A stretch of 64,000 nucleotides of DNA from an uncultured Chloroflexia bacterium (GTDB lineage Bacteria > Chloroflexota > Anaerolineae > JAAYZQ01), in the NCBI GenBank assembly GCA_963700285.1, contig CAVOXA010000010.1, positions 1,056,001-1,120,000 on the forward strand, written 5' to 3'. The position numbers and the translations under genes were made by a program. This document shows positions 40,225 to 48,735 of this stretch, piece by piece; the first letter of the stretch is position 1, and each line of letters opens with the position of its first letter. Under the pieces are notes generated by a model that had not been told where the DNA came from, made no database searches, and saw only the letters and a list, made by a program, of their open reading frames with translations.

Positions 40225-40863
40225 CTACCCTCCCATCAGTTTCTTTGCCACCTCGGCGGCCGAGCCCGAGTCGGGGGCATAGCCGTCGGCGCCGATGGCG
40301 TCGGCATAGGCCTGGGTGACCGGCGCGCCGCCAACCATGATCTTGACCTGGCCGCGCAGGCCGGCTTCCTGGAAGGCATCCACTGTGTCTTTCATCTCGA
40401 CCATCGTCGTCGTGAGCAGGGCCGACATCCCGACCAGGTTCGCGCCGTGCTGCTGCACGGCTTCCACAAACTGGCCGGCCGAGACATCGGTACCCAGGTC
40501 AACCACGTCAAAGTTGGCGCCCTGGAGCATCATTCCCACCAGATTCTTGCCAATGTCATGCAGGTCGCCGGCTACTGTGCCGATCACAGCGGTCCCGGCC
40601 GGAACAGCTCCCGCCTCGGCCAGCAGGGGCTTTAGGACGTTCAAGGCCATCTGCATGGTGCGGGCCGCGATAAGCACGTCGGGAATATAGTACTCCCCCT
40701 CCTTCATGCGGCGCCCCACTTCATCCATGCCAGGCATCAGGGCGTTCTGCAGTATGTCGCCTGCAGTGTGGCCACCTTCCAGGGCCTGGGTTGTCATTCC
40801 CTTGATAGGAGGACCGGCTCCTTCGATGAGCGTCTGCTGTATCTCTGCCAGTATGTCGGCCAT
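40225..40863 (-). CDS. Corrinoid (cobalamin-binding) protein of the methyltransferase type (MtbC/MttC-like)
   Basis: Cap domain, GTVAGDLHDIGKNLV (DxHxxG), SALLTTT, VGGAP and IGADGY. Confidence 0.93.
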   Translation of the reverse strand: MADILAEIQQTLIEGAGPPIKGMTTQALEGGHTAGDILQNALMPGMDEVGRRMKEGEYYIPDVLIAARTMQMALNVLKPLLAEAGAVPAGTAVIGTVAGDLHDIGKNLVGMMLQGANFDVVDLGTDVSAGQFVEAVQQHGANLVGMSALLTTTMVEMKDTVDAFQEAGLRGQVKIMVGGAPVTQAYADAIGADGYAPDSGSAAEVAKKLMGG

Positions 40864-40935
40864 GCTGCCGTGTTCTCCCTTTCCGGGCAAGGGCCCGAGT
40901 CAGTCTCACTCCAAGACCTGTCAGGCCTGGTCTTG

Positions 40936-42078
40936 CTATCCGATGGGATAGTCGCGATTCTCCAGGGCGGTCTCAAAGGTCTTGTGGAAGCGGTCCGGTG
41001 TCACGTCTGCCTGCACATTGTGCGAGGGAAAGAACACATAGCCGCCGCCGGGCGCCATGATGTCGATGGTGCGCTTGACGTCCTCTTCGATCTCGTCCAG
41101 GCTGGCAAAGGGCAAGACTTGCTGGATGTCGATGCCGCCGCCCCAGAAGCAAAGATCCTCCCCAAACTGCTGCTTCATCTTGGCGATATCCATATTGGCC
41201 GCGCTGCGCTGGATGGGATTCAGGATGTCGACGCCAATGTCGATGAAATCGCCGATGACGTCAAAGACAGCGCCACAGGAATGGTAAAAGACCTTGGCGT
41301 CTGTCCTGGAATGGATAAAGTCAAAGATGCGCTTCTGCCGGGGCTTGACGAACTTGCGGTACATGGCCGGTGAGATGTAGAGGTTGGTCTGCATGCCCAC
41401 GTCGTCGCCCTGGCACACGACCTGGACATGGTCGCCGACGGCGTCGAGAAAGCTGTCCCACAGCTCGATATCGGTGTCGGTGATTTTGTCCAGCAGGGCC
41501 TCGGCGAACTTGGGGTCCCAGGCCAGATCCACGCAAAACTGCTCATATCCCCTCAGTACGCAGCCGCCCTCAAAGGGCCCCAGGGCCATGATGTCAGCGA
41601 TGATGGCATAGTCCGTGTTTTCGTACAGCGCTTTGGCCTCTTCCTTGAGCCCTGCCACCCGCCCTGGGTCGTAGGGGTCGGGCCAAACGGCTTTGTCCAG
41701 GTCAGCCACCGTCTCGCAGCCCGCCAGGGGACGCTCGACGACGTCATAGTAGTAGGACGCTTTCTTCCAGCGGATGTCGAACTCGTCGTAGAAACTGTCG
41801 TCGGGCATTTCCCGGGGCTCAAATTCCCAGGGGCCCTTCATGGCCACGGTGCGAAAGTCGACCTCGTAGCGTTGAAGAAAATCCTCCGCGGGGTAGACGG
41901 TGTCCATCTGGCGGTGTGATGTCCTGGGCGCCGGGTCCAGCCCCATGCCCAAGTATTCACGGACGTTCTGATAGGCGATGCGGGTGGGCGCGGTGACAAT
42001 AGTCGCCCCACAGTCCATGGGCATCTTGTCGGGCTCGGTATGGTTGAGTGCCGCCATTACCCTCTCGCGGGAATTCAT
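40936..42078 (-). CDS. UroD / MtaA-CmuA superfamily protein (paralog of 9709..10851)
   Basis: Motifs SRERVMAALNH.EPD, GDDVGMQ, HSCG, CFWGGGID and HNVQ. Adjacent to the corrinoid protein gene. Confidence 0.87.
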   Translation of the reverse strand: MNSRERVMAALNHTEPDKMPMDCGATIVTAPTRIAYQNVREYLGMGLDPAPRTSHRQMDTVYPAEDFLQRYEVDFRTVAMKGPWEFEPREMPDDSFYDEFDIRWKKASYYYDVVERPLAGCETVADLDKAVWPDPYDPGRVAGLKEEAKALYENTDYAIIADIMALGPFEGGCVLRGYEQFCVDLAWDPKFAEALLDKITDTDIELWDSFLDAVGDHVQVVCQGDDVGMQTNLYISPAMYRKFVKPRQKRIFDFIHSRTDAKVFYHSCGAVFDVIGDFIDIGVDILNPIQRSAANMDIAKMKQQFGEDLCFWGGGIDIQQVLPFASLDEIEEDVKRTIDIMAPGGGYVFFPSHNVQADVTPDRFHKTFETALENRDYPIG

Positions 42079-42116
42079 CGAGTTGTCTCCCTCCTCATCG
42101 AACGGTCTGGTGGCCC

Positions 42117-42734
42117 TCAGGCCTTCTCTGTTTCTTCCTCAAGCCGCTTGCCCACCGCCCCGCCGGGATGGGTCTGGCCAAAGGCTTCCCTGGTGTAGCC
42201 CCGCTGCTCCAGCAGCAGGACGCACAGGACGTCGCCCGCAGCCCCGTTCACCAGGGAGCTGCCGGTGGCGACCATGCCATAGGGGTCTACATCCTCCGGC
42301 GCTCGCACGGTGAACACGGCGTCACACATCTCGGCCAGCGGTGATTTTGGATTCTCTGTCTGCGCGATCAGCCTGGCGCCCCGGGCACGGGCGATCTCGG
42401 CAAACTGGTTGATCTCGGCGCTGTGGCCGCCCTTGGAGATGAGATAGACCACGTCGTCGGGTGTGACGGCCCCAGAGCCACCATGCAGCCCATCGGAGGC
42501 GTTGATGAACAAGGAGGGTGTTCCGCTGCAGGACAGCAGATGGGCCAGGCGCTGGGCGATGGCCCGTGAGGTGCCGGCCCCGGTCACCAGCACATGTCCC
42601 TGGCAGTTGAGCAACAGGGCAACAACATCCGCCAGACTGTCGTCGAACTGTGCGGCCAATGCACGGACCGCCTCGGCCTCACGCTGGACGATCCTTTTTG
42701 CCCGGGTAATCATGTCTATCTTTGACTCTGTCAC
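42117..42734 (-). CDS. SIS-domain sugar-phosphate isomerase (KdsD/GutQ-like, no CBS domains)
   Basis: Motifs VTGAGTS, LHG, ISKGG.S.E and THPGG. Confidence 0.85.
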   Translation of the reverse strand: MTESKIDMITRAKRIVQREAEAVRALAAQFDDSLADVVALLLNCQGHVLVTGAGTSRAIAQRLAHLLSCSGTPSLFINASDGLHGGSGAVTPDDVVYLISKGGHSAEINQFAEIARARGARLIAQTENPKSPLAEMCDAVFTVRAPEDVDPYGMVATGSSLVNGAAGDVLCVLLLEQRGYTREAFGQTHPGGAVGKRLEEETEKA

Positions 42735-42752
42735 GTTCCTCGTTCGCCCTGT

Positions 42753-43712
42753 CTAGCTCTCTTTGGCGAGCAGCATCTCAGCGGTCAATTGATCGGTTAC
42801 CAACACATCGAGGATTTCGCCGCGCAGCGCTGCCCGGATCATTTCGTACTTGGCCGTGCCTCCAGCAATGCCGATCACACGGGGGATCTGGCGTATCTGC
42901 TCAATCGTCAGCCCGATAATCCGCTCATCGATCTCGAGGCCAAGGGGATTTCCATCCCTATCGAGGTAGCGGAGGGCGATGTCACCGACGGCCCCTAACT
43001 CCTGCAGGCGTTCGAGATCCTGCCTACTTAGAATGGTACCTGTACGCAGGACGATAGAATAAGGCGTGGGTGCACCAAGGCCCACGAGCGCAACGTCGGC
43101 TCCTGCCGCTAAATCGAGTACAGCAGAGATTTGAGCATCGGACTTGAGCGCCTCAGCCATTTGCTGCGAAGCCACGATCCCCGGCGCCGGCAACAACCGC
43201 AACCTGGCCCCCAGCTTCCGGGCGAGGTGTTGGGTAAGCTCTGCCGAGTGTTCCAGGGTATCCACTGGTCCCAGACCGCCCAAGAGCTGCACGACAGTGA
43301 CCCCGGGCCAGGATCGGTAGGGGAGGGCATCCGCCATGGCCAGGATTGAAGTCCCCCAGGCTGTGGCAATCACCTCATTGCCCGAGATGCAGCAGTTCAG
43401 GCACTCGGCCGCCGCGGGTCCGAGCTCTCGTACCACAGTTGGATGGTGTGCCGGATCGCTAACAGGCACTACCACCACCTCTTGTAAACCAAATCGGCGT
43501 TCCAGTCTGTGCTCTAGGTCGGCCATGCCATTGGGCGGGGGGAGAAGGGAGATGCTGATGATGCCGTTATCACGGCCGCTCTGAAGCATTCGGGAGACCT
43601 TGGGCCGGGACAAGCCAAAACGACTGGCGATCTGCTTTTGAGTCAGACCGTCAACATAGTAGGATTGGGCAATCCGATACAGCAACCGGTGCTGCTCGCT
43701 GCTTATCGCCAC
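42753..43712 (-). CDS. SorC/DeoR-type sugar-binding transcriptional regulator
   Basis: YYVDGLTQKQIASRFGLSRPKVSR, AWGTS and IAGG..K. Start moved to the GTG at 43712 (GGGAG SD), because the ORF-track ATG lies inside the operator. Confidence 0.92.
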   Translation of the reverse strand: MAISSEQHRLLYRIAQSYYVDGLTQKQIASRFGLSRPKVSRMLQSGRDNGIISISLLPPPNGMADLEHRLERRFGLQEVVVVPVSDPAHHPTVVRELGPAAAECLNCCISGNEVIATAWGTSILAMADALPYRSWPGVTVVQLLGGLGPVDTLEHSAELTQHLARKLGARLRLLPAPGIVASQQMAEALKSDAQISAVLDLAAGADVALVGLGAPTPYSIVLRTGTILSRQDLERLQELGAVGDIALRYLDRDGNPLGLEIDERIIGLTIEQIRQIPRVIGIAGGTAKYEMIRAALRGEILDVLVTDQLTAEMLLAKES

Positions 43713-43743
43713 ATCATCTCCCAGAGTGACCAAGCGTTCAGCC

Positions 43744-43789
43744 CTGAACATATGCTCAGCAGTATATCACAACCTTTCTGGTCTGTCAA
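43744..43789 (-). promoter_or_regulatory. Sigma70 promoter with an adjacent SorC-type operator palindrome
   Basis: Minus strand TTGACA-17-TATACT (43761..43789). Near-palindrome CTGAACATATGCTCAG at 43744..43759. Confidence 0.75.
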
Positions 43790-43956
43790 GCCGGTGGCGA
43801 CAAAATTCTAGCCAACAGCCCGGGCCAGCAGTATACCCAGCCGCTTCCCGGACGAAGCCTGACAGAAGGTCATCGGGTCATATCTCACCGCAGGTGCCGT
43901 TCAGAATCCAGAACCAGCTCTTGGGGCTCCAACCCTGCCGAGTATTCGGTGACTGC

Positions 43957-43985
43957 TTGCCGGTTCGCGCCTTTTAGAGTACAAT
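43957..43985 (+). promoter_or_regulatory. Candidate promoter for the ssnA-like gene
   Basis: TTGCCG-17-TACAAT. Confidence 0.55.
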
Positions 43986-44099
43986 ACGCTTTGACAGAGC
44001 AAAGCAGTCAACTGATGGTACACGCCACGATAGGAGACTGTACAAGCTGTAGATGATAGAACGCGGCTGCCTTCTTGAGACCTACGGAGGTGCACGAAA

Positions 44100-45444
44100 A
44101 TGCTAATCACCCGCGGCACACTGGCCACCATGGGGGCACCCAACCAGGTCATTCCCAACGGTGCCCTGTACATCGAGAATGAGCGCATCGCCGATCTAGG
44201 GACCAGCGCCGAACTGGAGGCCCGCTACCCCAGCGCCCAGCGCCTGGATGCCAGTGGCCGCCTGGTTCTACCCGGACTCATCTGCGCCCACACCCATTTC
44301 TACGGCGCCTTTGCCCGGGGCATGGCCCTCCCTGGCGATCCACCCGCCAACTTTACCGAAATCCTGGAAAAGCTGTGGTGGCGGCTGGACAAGGCGCTGT
44401 GGCCCGATGACGTGCACTACAGCGCCCTGGTTGGGCTGGTGGATGCCATCCGCCACGGCACCACCACCCTTATCGACCACCATGCCAGCCAGCGCCACAT
44501 TGCCGGCAGCCTGGACCAGATCGCTTCGGCGGTAGATCAGGCCGGGGTACGGGCCTGCCTCTGCTACGAGGTCACCGATCGCGATGGCCGGGCGGGGACG
44601 TTGGCCGGCATCCAGGAGAACAGCCGCTTCATCCGGCACGTGCGGGAGCAGCGGCACGAAGATCGACCGCCTTGCCGCGACCTTTGGTCTCCACGCCTCG
44701 CTGACCCTCTCCGATGAGACGCTGAAGGCCTGCGTAGATCTCGCAGGGCAGTTGGGTATTGGCTTCCACCTCCACGTGGCCGAGGACAAGGCCGATGTGC
44801 GGGACAGCCTGCGCAAGAGCGGCCTGCGGGTGGTGGAGCGCCTGCAGGAGTTCGGGGTGTTGGGGCCTTCCACGCTGGCCGCCCACTGCGTCCACGTTGA
44901 CCGCATCGAGACCGAGATCCTGCTCGATAGCGGCACGATGGTCGTCCACAACCCCCGCTCTAACATGAACAATGCCGTAGGCACCGCCGATCTACCCTGG
45001 ATGCTGCACATTGGCATCCCCGTGGGCTTGGGCAACGACGGCTTTTCCAACAACATGTTCACCGAGATGGCCACGGCCTACCTGGTCCACAAGCAGGCCA
45101 CAGGCGATCCGCGTACATTGCCCGCTGACCAGGTGATCCAGATGGCCTGGGAGAACAACGCCCGGATCGCCCAGGCCTACTTTCCGGCCCTGGGTCCGCA
45201 GTTTGGCCAGTTGGCCAAGGGCGCCCCAGCCGACGTCATCGTGGTGGACTATGATCCACCCACGCCACTCACGAGCGACAACCTGCCCTGGCACATCATC
45301 TTTGGCATCGACGGCACCGGTGTGGACACGACCATCGTCGCCGGACAGGTATTGATGCGCGATCGGAAGCTTCTAACGCTGGATGAGACAGCGATAATGG
45401 CCCGCGCCCGTGAGCTGGCGGGCAAACTCTGGCAAAGAGTCTGA
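44100..45444 (+). CDS. ssnA: SsnA-like amidohydrolase (chlorohydrolase/deaminase family), frameshift near 44660
   Basis: Motifs PGLICAHTHFYG, EILEKLWWRLD, GTTTLIDHHAS, LCYEVTDRDG, GLHAS, HLHVAE, HNPRSNMNNAVG and LGNDG. Confidence 0.82.
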
Positions 45445-45541
45445 GTCTATCCCAAAATCCGCTCAAAGCTCCCCGTCTCGAGGGCACGTCGGCTCTGAGA
45501 CAAGGACCCAAGTGGGTTCAGAGAGTTAGCAAGGGGACAAT

Positions 45542-46132
45542 GTGACAAAGCAGCAAGAACCGATCATCGTCCACAAGAATCGCAAGCGCGCCCTCTGGTC
45601 GCTGGCCATTGTCATCTTTATGGTACCTGTCAGCGTCTTGCTCGTACTACTTGGACTGCAGCCCGGCCGGCCGGAGGTGGCCTGGGCACTGGTACTTTTT
45701 GGCGCAATCGGCGTCGTGGCCTTTGTCGGGAGCGCGATACGAATCATCCATACCATGCGCTCGCCCTGGTACCTGGAACTTGGGCCCCAGTACCTCAGTC
45801 TCTACACCCCCACCTACGATCTTGACATCCCCTGGGACCGCATCGCGGGCATCGCCGTAGATGAAGTGAACCGAAAACCGGGTTGCATCTTGATCCTGGA
45901 GGACCCGGCTACAGTGGCCCAGGGCGCGACCTTTCACCCTGGCAGCAAACGTCACGACGCGGTCACCGACGCGACCACGATGCAGGCGCGCATGGAGGAG
46001 GCTTTTGACAGCAATGGATACCACCTGGCCTTCCCTGGACGGATCCTGGAGCTGAGCCCTGACGAGCTGGCCGAGTTGCTGGCCAAAGCCAGAAAAGGAG
46101 AACTCTGGCAGGAAGAGGAGAGACAGCCATGA
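45542..46132 (+). CDS. Hypothetical membrane protein (two TM helices plus a PH-like tail)
   Basis: Two hydrophobic segments followed by DIPWDRI.GI. AAGGGG SD. Confidence 0.7.
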   Translation: MTKQQEPIIVHKNRKRALWSLAIVIFMVPVSVLLVLLGLQPGRPEVAWALVLFGAIGVVAFVGSAIRIIHTMRSPWYLELGPQYLSLYTPTYDLDIPWDRIAGIAVDEVNRKPGCILILEDPATVAQGATFHPGSKRHDAVTDATTMQARMEEAFDSNGYHLAFPGRILELSPDELAELLAKARKGELWQEEERQP

Positions 46133-46431
46133 GAGATTTTTGGTCACGGCTGAACGGACCGCTCAAGATCGGACTGGTGATCGGCCTGCTGGGAGCCCTG
46201 CTGACGATCATTGGACTCGTCCAGGGCAACTTTGCACCCTTGACGCTCCGCACCTTGCTGCTGGGCATCCTCCTGGGCGGCGGGTCGTGGGGGCTGGTGA
46301 GCTGGGCCATCGCATCCGCAGCAGTGGATGTGACCGGATCCGCAGCGGTAGGTACGACCGATCCAGCAGCCGTCGATCCAGGTACGGCTACGGCAGATAC
46401 AACGCCCGCAACAGACGAGGAAGCCGGCTAG
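46129..46431 (+). CDS. Small hypothetical membrane protein
   Basis: ATGA overlap with the upstream gene, GAGGAG SD, two TM helices and an acidic Ala/Thr/Asp tail. Confidence 0.7.
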   Translation: MRDFWSRLNGPLKIGLVIGLLGALLTIIGLVQGNFAPLTLRTLLLGILLGGGSWGLVSWAIASAAVDVTGSAAVGTTDPAAVDPGTATADTTPATDEEAG

Positions 46432-46516
46432 ATACCAGCATCCCAAAGCCTTTGGACGAAACGATGACTTCTCCCATGATCCCAGGAACCTTTACAACCT
46501 AGGTCACCCCTGATCC

Positions 46517-46560
46517 TCCACAATCTCTGTCACGTACATCCATAATCTCTCCACATTTGG
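46517..46560 (+). promoter_or_regulatory. 11-bp-phased direct repeats, candidate OmpR-family binding site
   Basis: TCCACAATCTC TGTCACGTACA TCCATAATCTC TCCACATTTGG, upstream of the operon containing the response regulator. Confidence 0.55.
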
Positions 46561-46602
46561 TTGGTACCCTATGGGCGAAAACCAAAACAGATGGAGGTTG
46601 AA

Positions 46603-47127
46603 ATGGACGAACGTTTCAGAGGTAAAGGTCTTTTGATTGGCCTGGGGGCAATGGCTATCGTTTTCCTGTGCATCCTGCTCTGTGGGATGGGGGCCATGTT
46701 TGCCGGCCCCCGCAGCCAGGTCTACGTACAGCCCCCGGTGGCTCAAGAGAGCAGTGCTCCACCGCCACCACCAGCCTTGTACGGGCACGGGCCCGCTGGC
46801 GTGGGTCGCTACGGCGTTGCAGGCCCCTTGGGCTTCATCTTTGGCGCCATCGGCGCCCTTTTCAAGCTTGCCTTCCTGGGTCTGCTCCTGCTTCTGGGTC
46901 TCGGTCTGGTGAAACGGTTCTTTTTTGGACACCGCTGCTGGGGACCACCGCCTGGCTGGAAACCGCCGGAGGCTCAGGAGGGTGAAGGAAAGGCCTACGC
47001 AGCCTGGGGGCCGAGGGCCTGGCACCGCTATCACCGGCACTGGGGACCGCCCCCCTGGTGGGAGGCGCCATCCGAGCCAGATGCCGAGGGCGACGAGCCC
47101 GGCGAGCAGTACAGGGTTGAGGAATAA
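46603..47127 (+). CDS. Hypothetical Pro/Gly/Trp-rich membrane protein
   Basis: GGAGG SD, two TM segments and a C-terminal WHRYHRHWGPPPWWE. Confidence 0.75.
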   Translation: MDERFRGKGLLIGLGAMAIVFLCILLCGMGAMFAGPRSQVYVQPPVAQESSAPPPPPALYGHGPAGVGRYGVAGPLGFIFGAIGALFKLAFLGLLLLLGLGLVKRFFFGHRCWGPPPGWKPPEAQEGEGKAYAAWGPRAWHRYHRHWGPPPWWEAPSEPDAEGDEPGEQYRVEE

Positions 47128-47209
47128 GCCAGGAACCATTCCCCTTAGGGGAGGCAGGCTCCGGTGGGGCCGGACGCCGGCTCCACCGCGAGCCCCAGAG
47201 GGAGGTCAC

Positions 47210-47464
47210 ATGCCACGCCACGATGGGCTCAGCCAGCAGACAGAAGGACCAGTCGATTGGCCGGGGGTCTTGGATGAATACGAGGTCCGATTCCTGGCCC
47301 TGGATATCGATGCAGATGGCGAACTGTTGCAGCTTTTTCAGTCTCACCCCGAGTGGACCCTGGATACCGAGGATGGGGGGGCAGTGCTGATGGCCCACAG
47401 TCACGCTGCCCATCACGACCATAACCAGGCGGGGCAATACGGCACCGCCCGGCTTGCAGCATAG
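47210..47464 (+). CDS. Small hypothetical protein with a His-rich tail
   Basis: GGGAGGT SD; sequence DWPGVLDEYEVRFLAL...PEW...DGGAVL. Confidence 0.6.
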   Translation: MPRHDGLSQQTEGPVDWPGVLDEYEVRFLALDIDADGELLQLFQSHPEWTLDTEDGGAVLMAHSHAAHHDHNQAGQYGTARLAA

Positions 47465-47492
47465 TTTTGTACCCGATTAGGTGTCTTGCAGA

Positions 47493-48035
47493 ATGAATGA
47501 CAATAAACCCTACACAAACCTGGCCTTTCGCGGTATGGCTTTCTGGTTAAAGCTGCGGGAAATCTTGTGCGATCTGCAACAGCGGCTGGTAAAAGCTGGA
47601 CTGGAAAAGGGACAGATCGTCCTGGACTATGGCTGTGGGATCGGAAGCTATACCATTCCCGCGGCCCAGATCGTGGGAGACGCGGGAACGGTGTATGCTC
47701 TGGACATGCACCCCCTGGCCATCGAAACGGTGCAGCGCCGGGCGAGAAAAGAGAACTTGTCCAACGTCAAGACCATTCACTCCGACCTGGACACCGGTCT
47801 GGCCGCCCAGAGCGTAGACGTCGTACTCCTGTACGACGTGTTCCACATGGTGCCCGACCAACCGGCATTGCTGCGGGAACTGCACCGGGTGTTAAAGCCT
47901 GGTGGACGGCTTTCGGTCCTGCCGGATCACATGACCGGCGATGAACTTCTTTCGACCATGAACCGTGGAAATCTTTTCGGCCTGCAGGCAGAACACGGAA
48001 CAGTACTAGAGTTCACGAGCGTACAGGGGCTCTAG
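47493..48035 (+). CDS. Class I SAM-dependent methyltransferase
   Basis: Motifs VLDYGCGIG, VYALD, SVDVV and RVLKPGG. Confidence 0.9.
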   Translation: MNDNKPYTNLAFRGMAFWLKLREILCDLQQRLVKAGLEKGQIVLDYGCGIGSYTIPAAQIVGDAGTVYALDMHPLAIETVQRRARKENLSNVKTIHSDLDTGLAAQSVDVVLLYDVFHMVPDQPALLRELHRVLKPGGRLSVLPDHMTGDELLSTMNRGNLFGLQAEHGTVLEFTSVQGL

Positions 48036-48044
48036 AGACAAGCG

Positions 48045-48728
48045 ATGGCCCAGACCATCCTCGTAGTGGATGACGAGGCCCGCATCGTCAAGCTGGTACG
48101 CGACTATTTGGAGCGCGCCGGCTTTGGTGTGCTGGCCGCCCACGATGGCGAGATGGCGCTCCAGGTCGCCCGCAGGGACCAGCCCGATCTCATCGTCCTC
48201 GACCTGATGCTGCCCGGCGTGGATGGCCTGGACGTCTGCCGCCGCCTGCGCCAGGAGAGCGGTGTGCCCATCATTATGCTCACCGCCCGCGTGGAGGAAG
48301 CCGACCGCATCGTGGGCCTGGAGCTGGGAGCGGATGATTATGTCACTAAACCCTTCAGCCCCCGGGAACTGGTCGCTCGCGTCCGGGCTACGCTACGACG
48401 CGCCAGCGGCGAAGTGGGGCCGGCTACTGTCCTCCGCGCCGGCGAAGTGGAATTGGACACCGCCGCTCTGACGGCAACAGTCGCCGGCCAGCCGGTGGAA
48501 CTAACCCCCACCGAGTTCTATCTCCTGGCCACCCTGGCCCGCCAGCCAGGGCGCATATTCAGCCGGGAGCAACTGCTGGAAGCGGTCCACGGTGTGGCCT
48601 TTGACGGCTATGACCGGAGCATCGATTCCCACGTCAAGAACCTGCGGCGCAAGATCGAGCCCGATCCCCGCCAGCCCCACTACATCCAGACCGTCTACGG
48701 CGTGGGCTATCGTTTCATGGACCACTGA
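48045..48728 (+). CDS. OmpR/PhoB-family response regulator
   Basis: Motifs ILVVDDE, LDLMLP, GADDYVTKPF and winged helix IQTVYGVGY. Confidence 0.96.
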   Translation: MAQTILVVDDEARIVKLVRDYLERAGFGVLAAHDGEMALQVARRDQPDLIVLDLMLPGVDGLDVCRRLRQESGVPIIMLTARVEEADRIVGLELGADDYVTKPFSPRELVARVRATLRRASGEVGPATVLRAGEVELDTAALTATVAGQPVELTPTEFYLLATLARQPGRIFSREQLLEAVHGVAFDGYDRSIDSHVKNLRRKIEPDPRQPHYIQTVYGVGYRFMDH

Positions 48729-48735
48729 GGCGACG

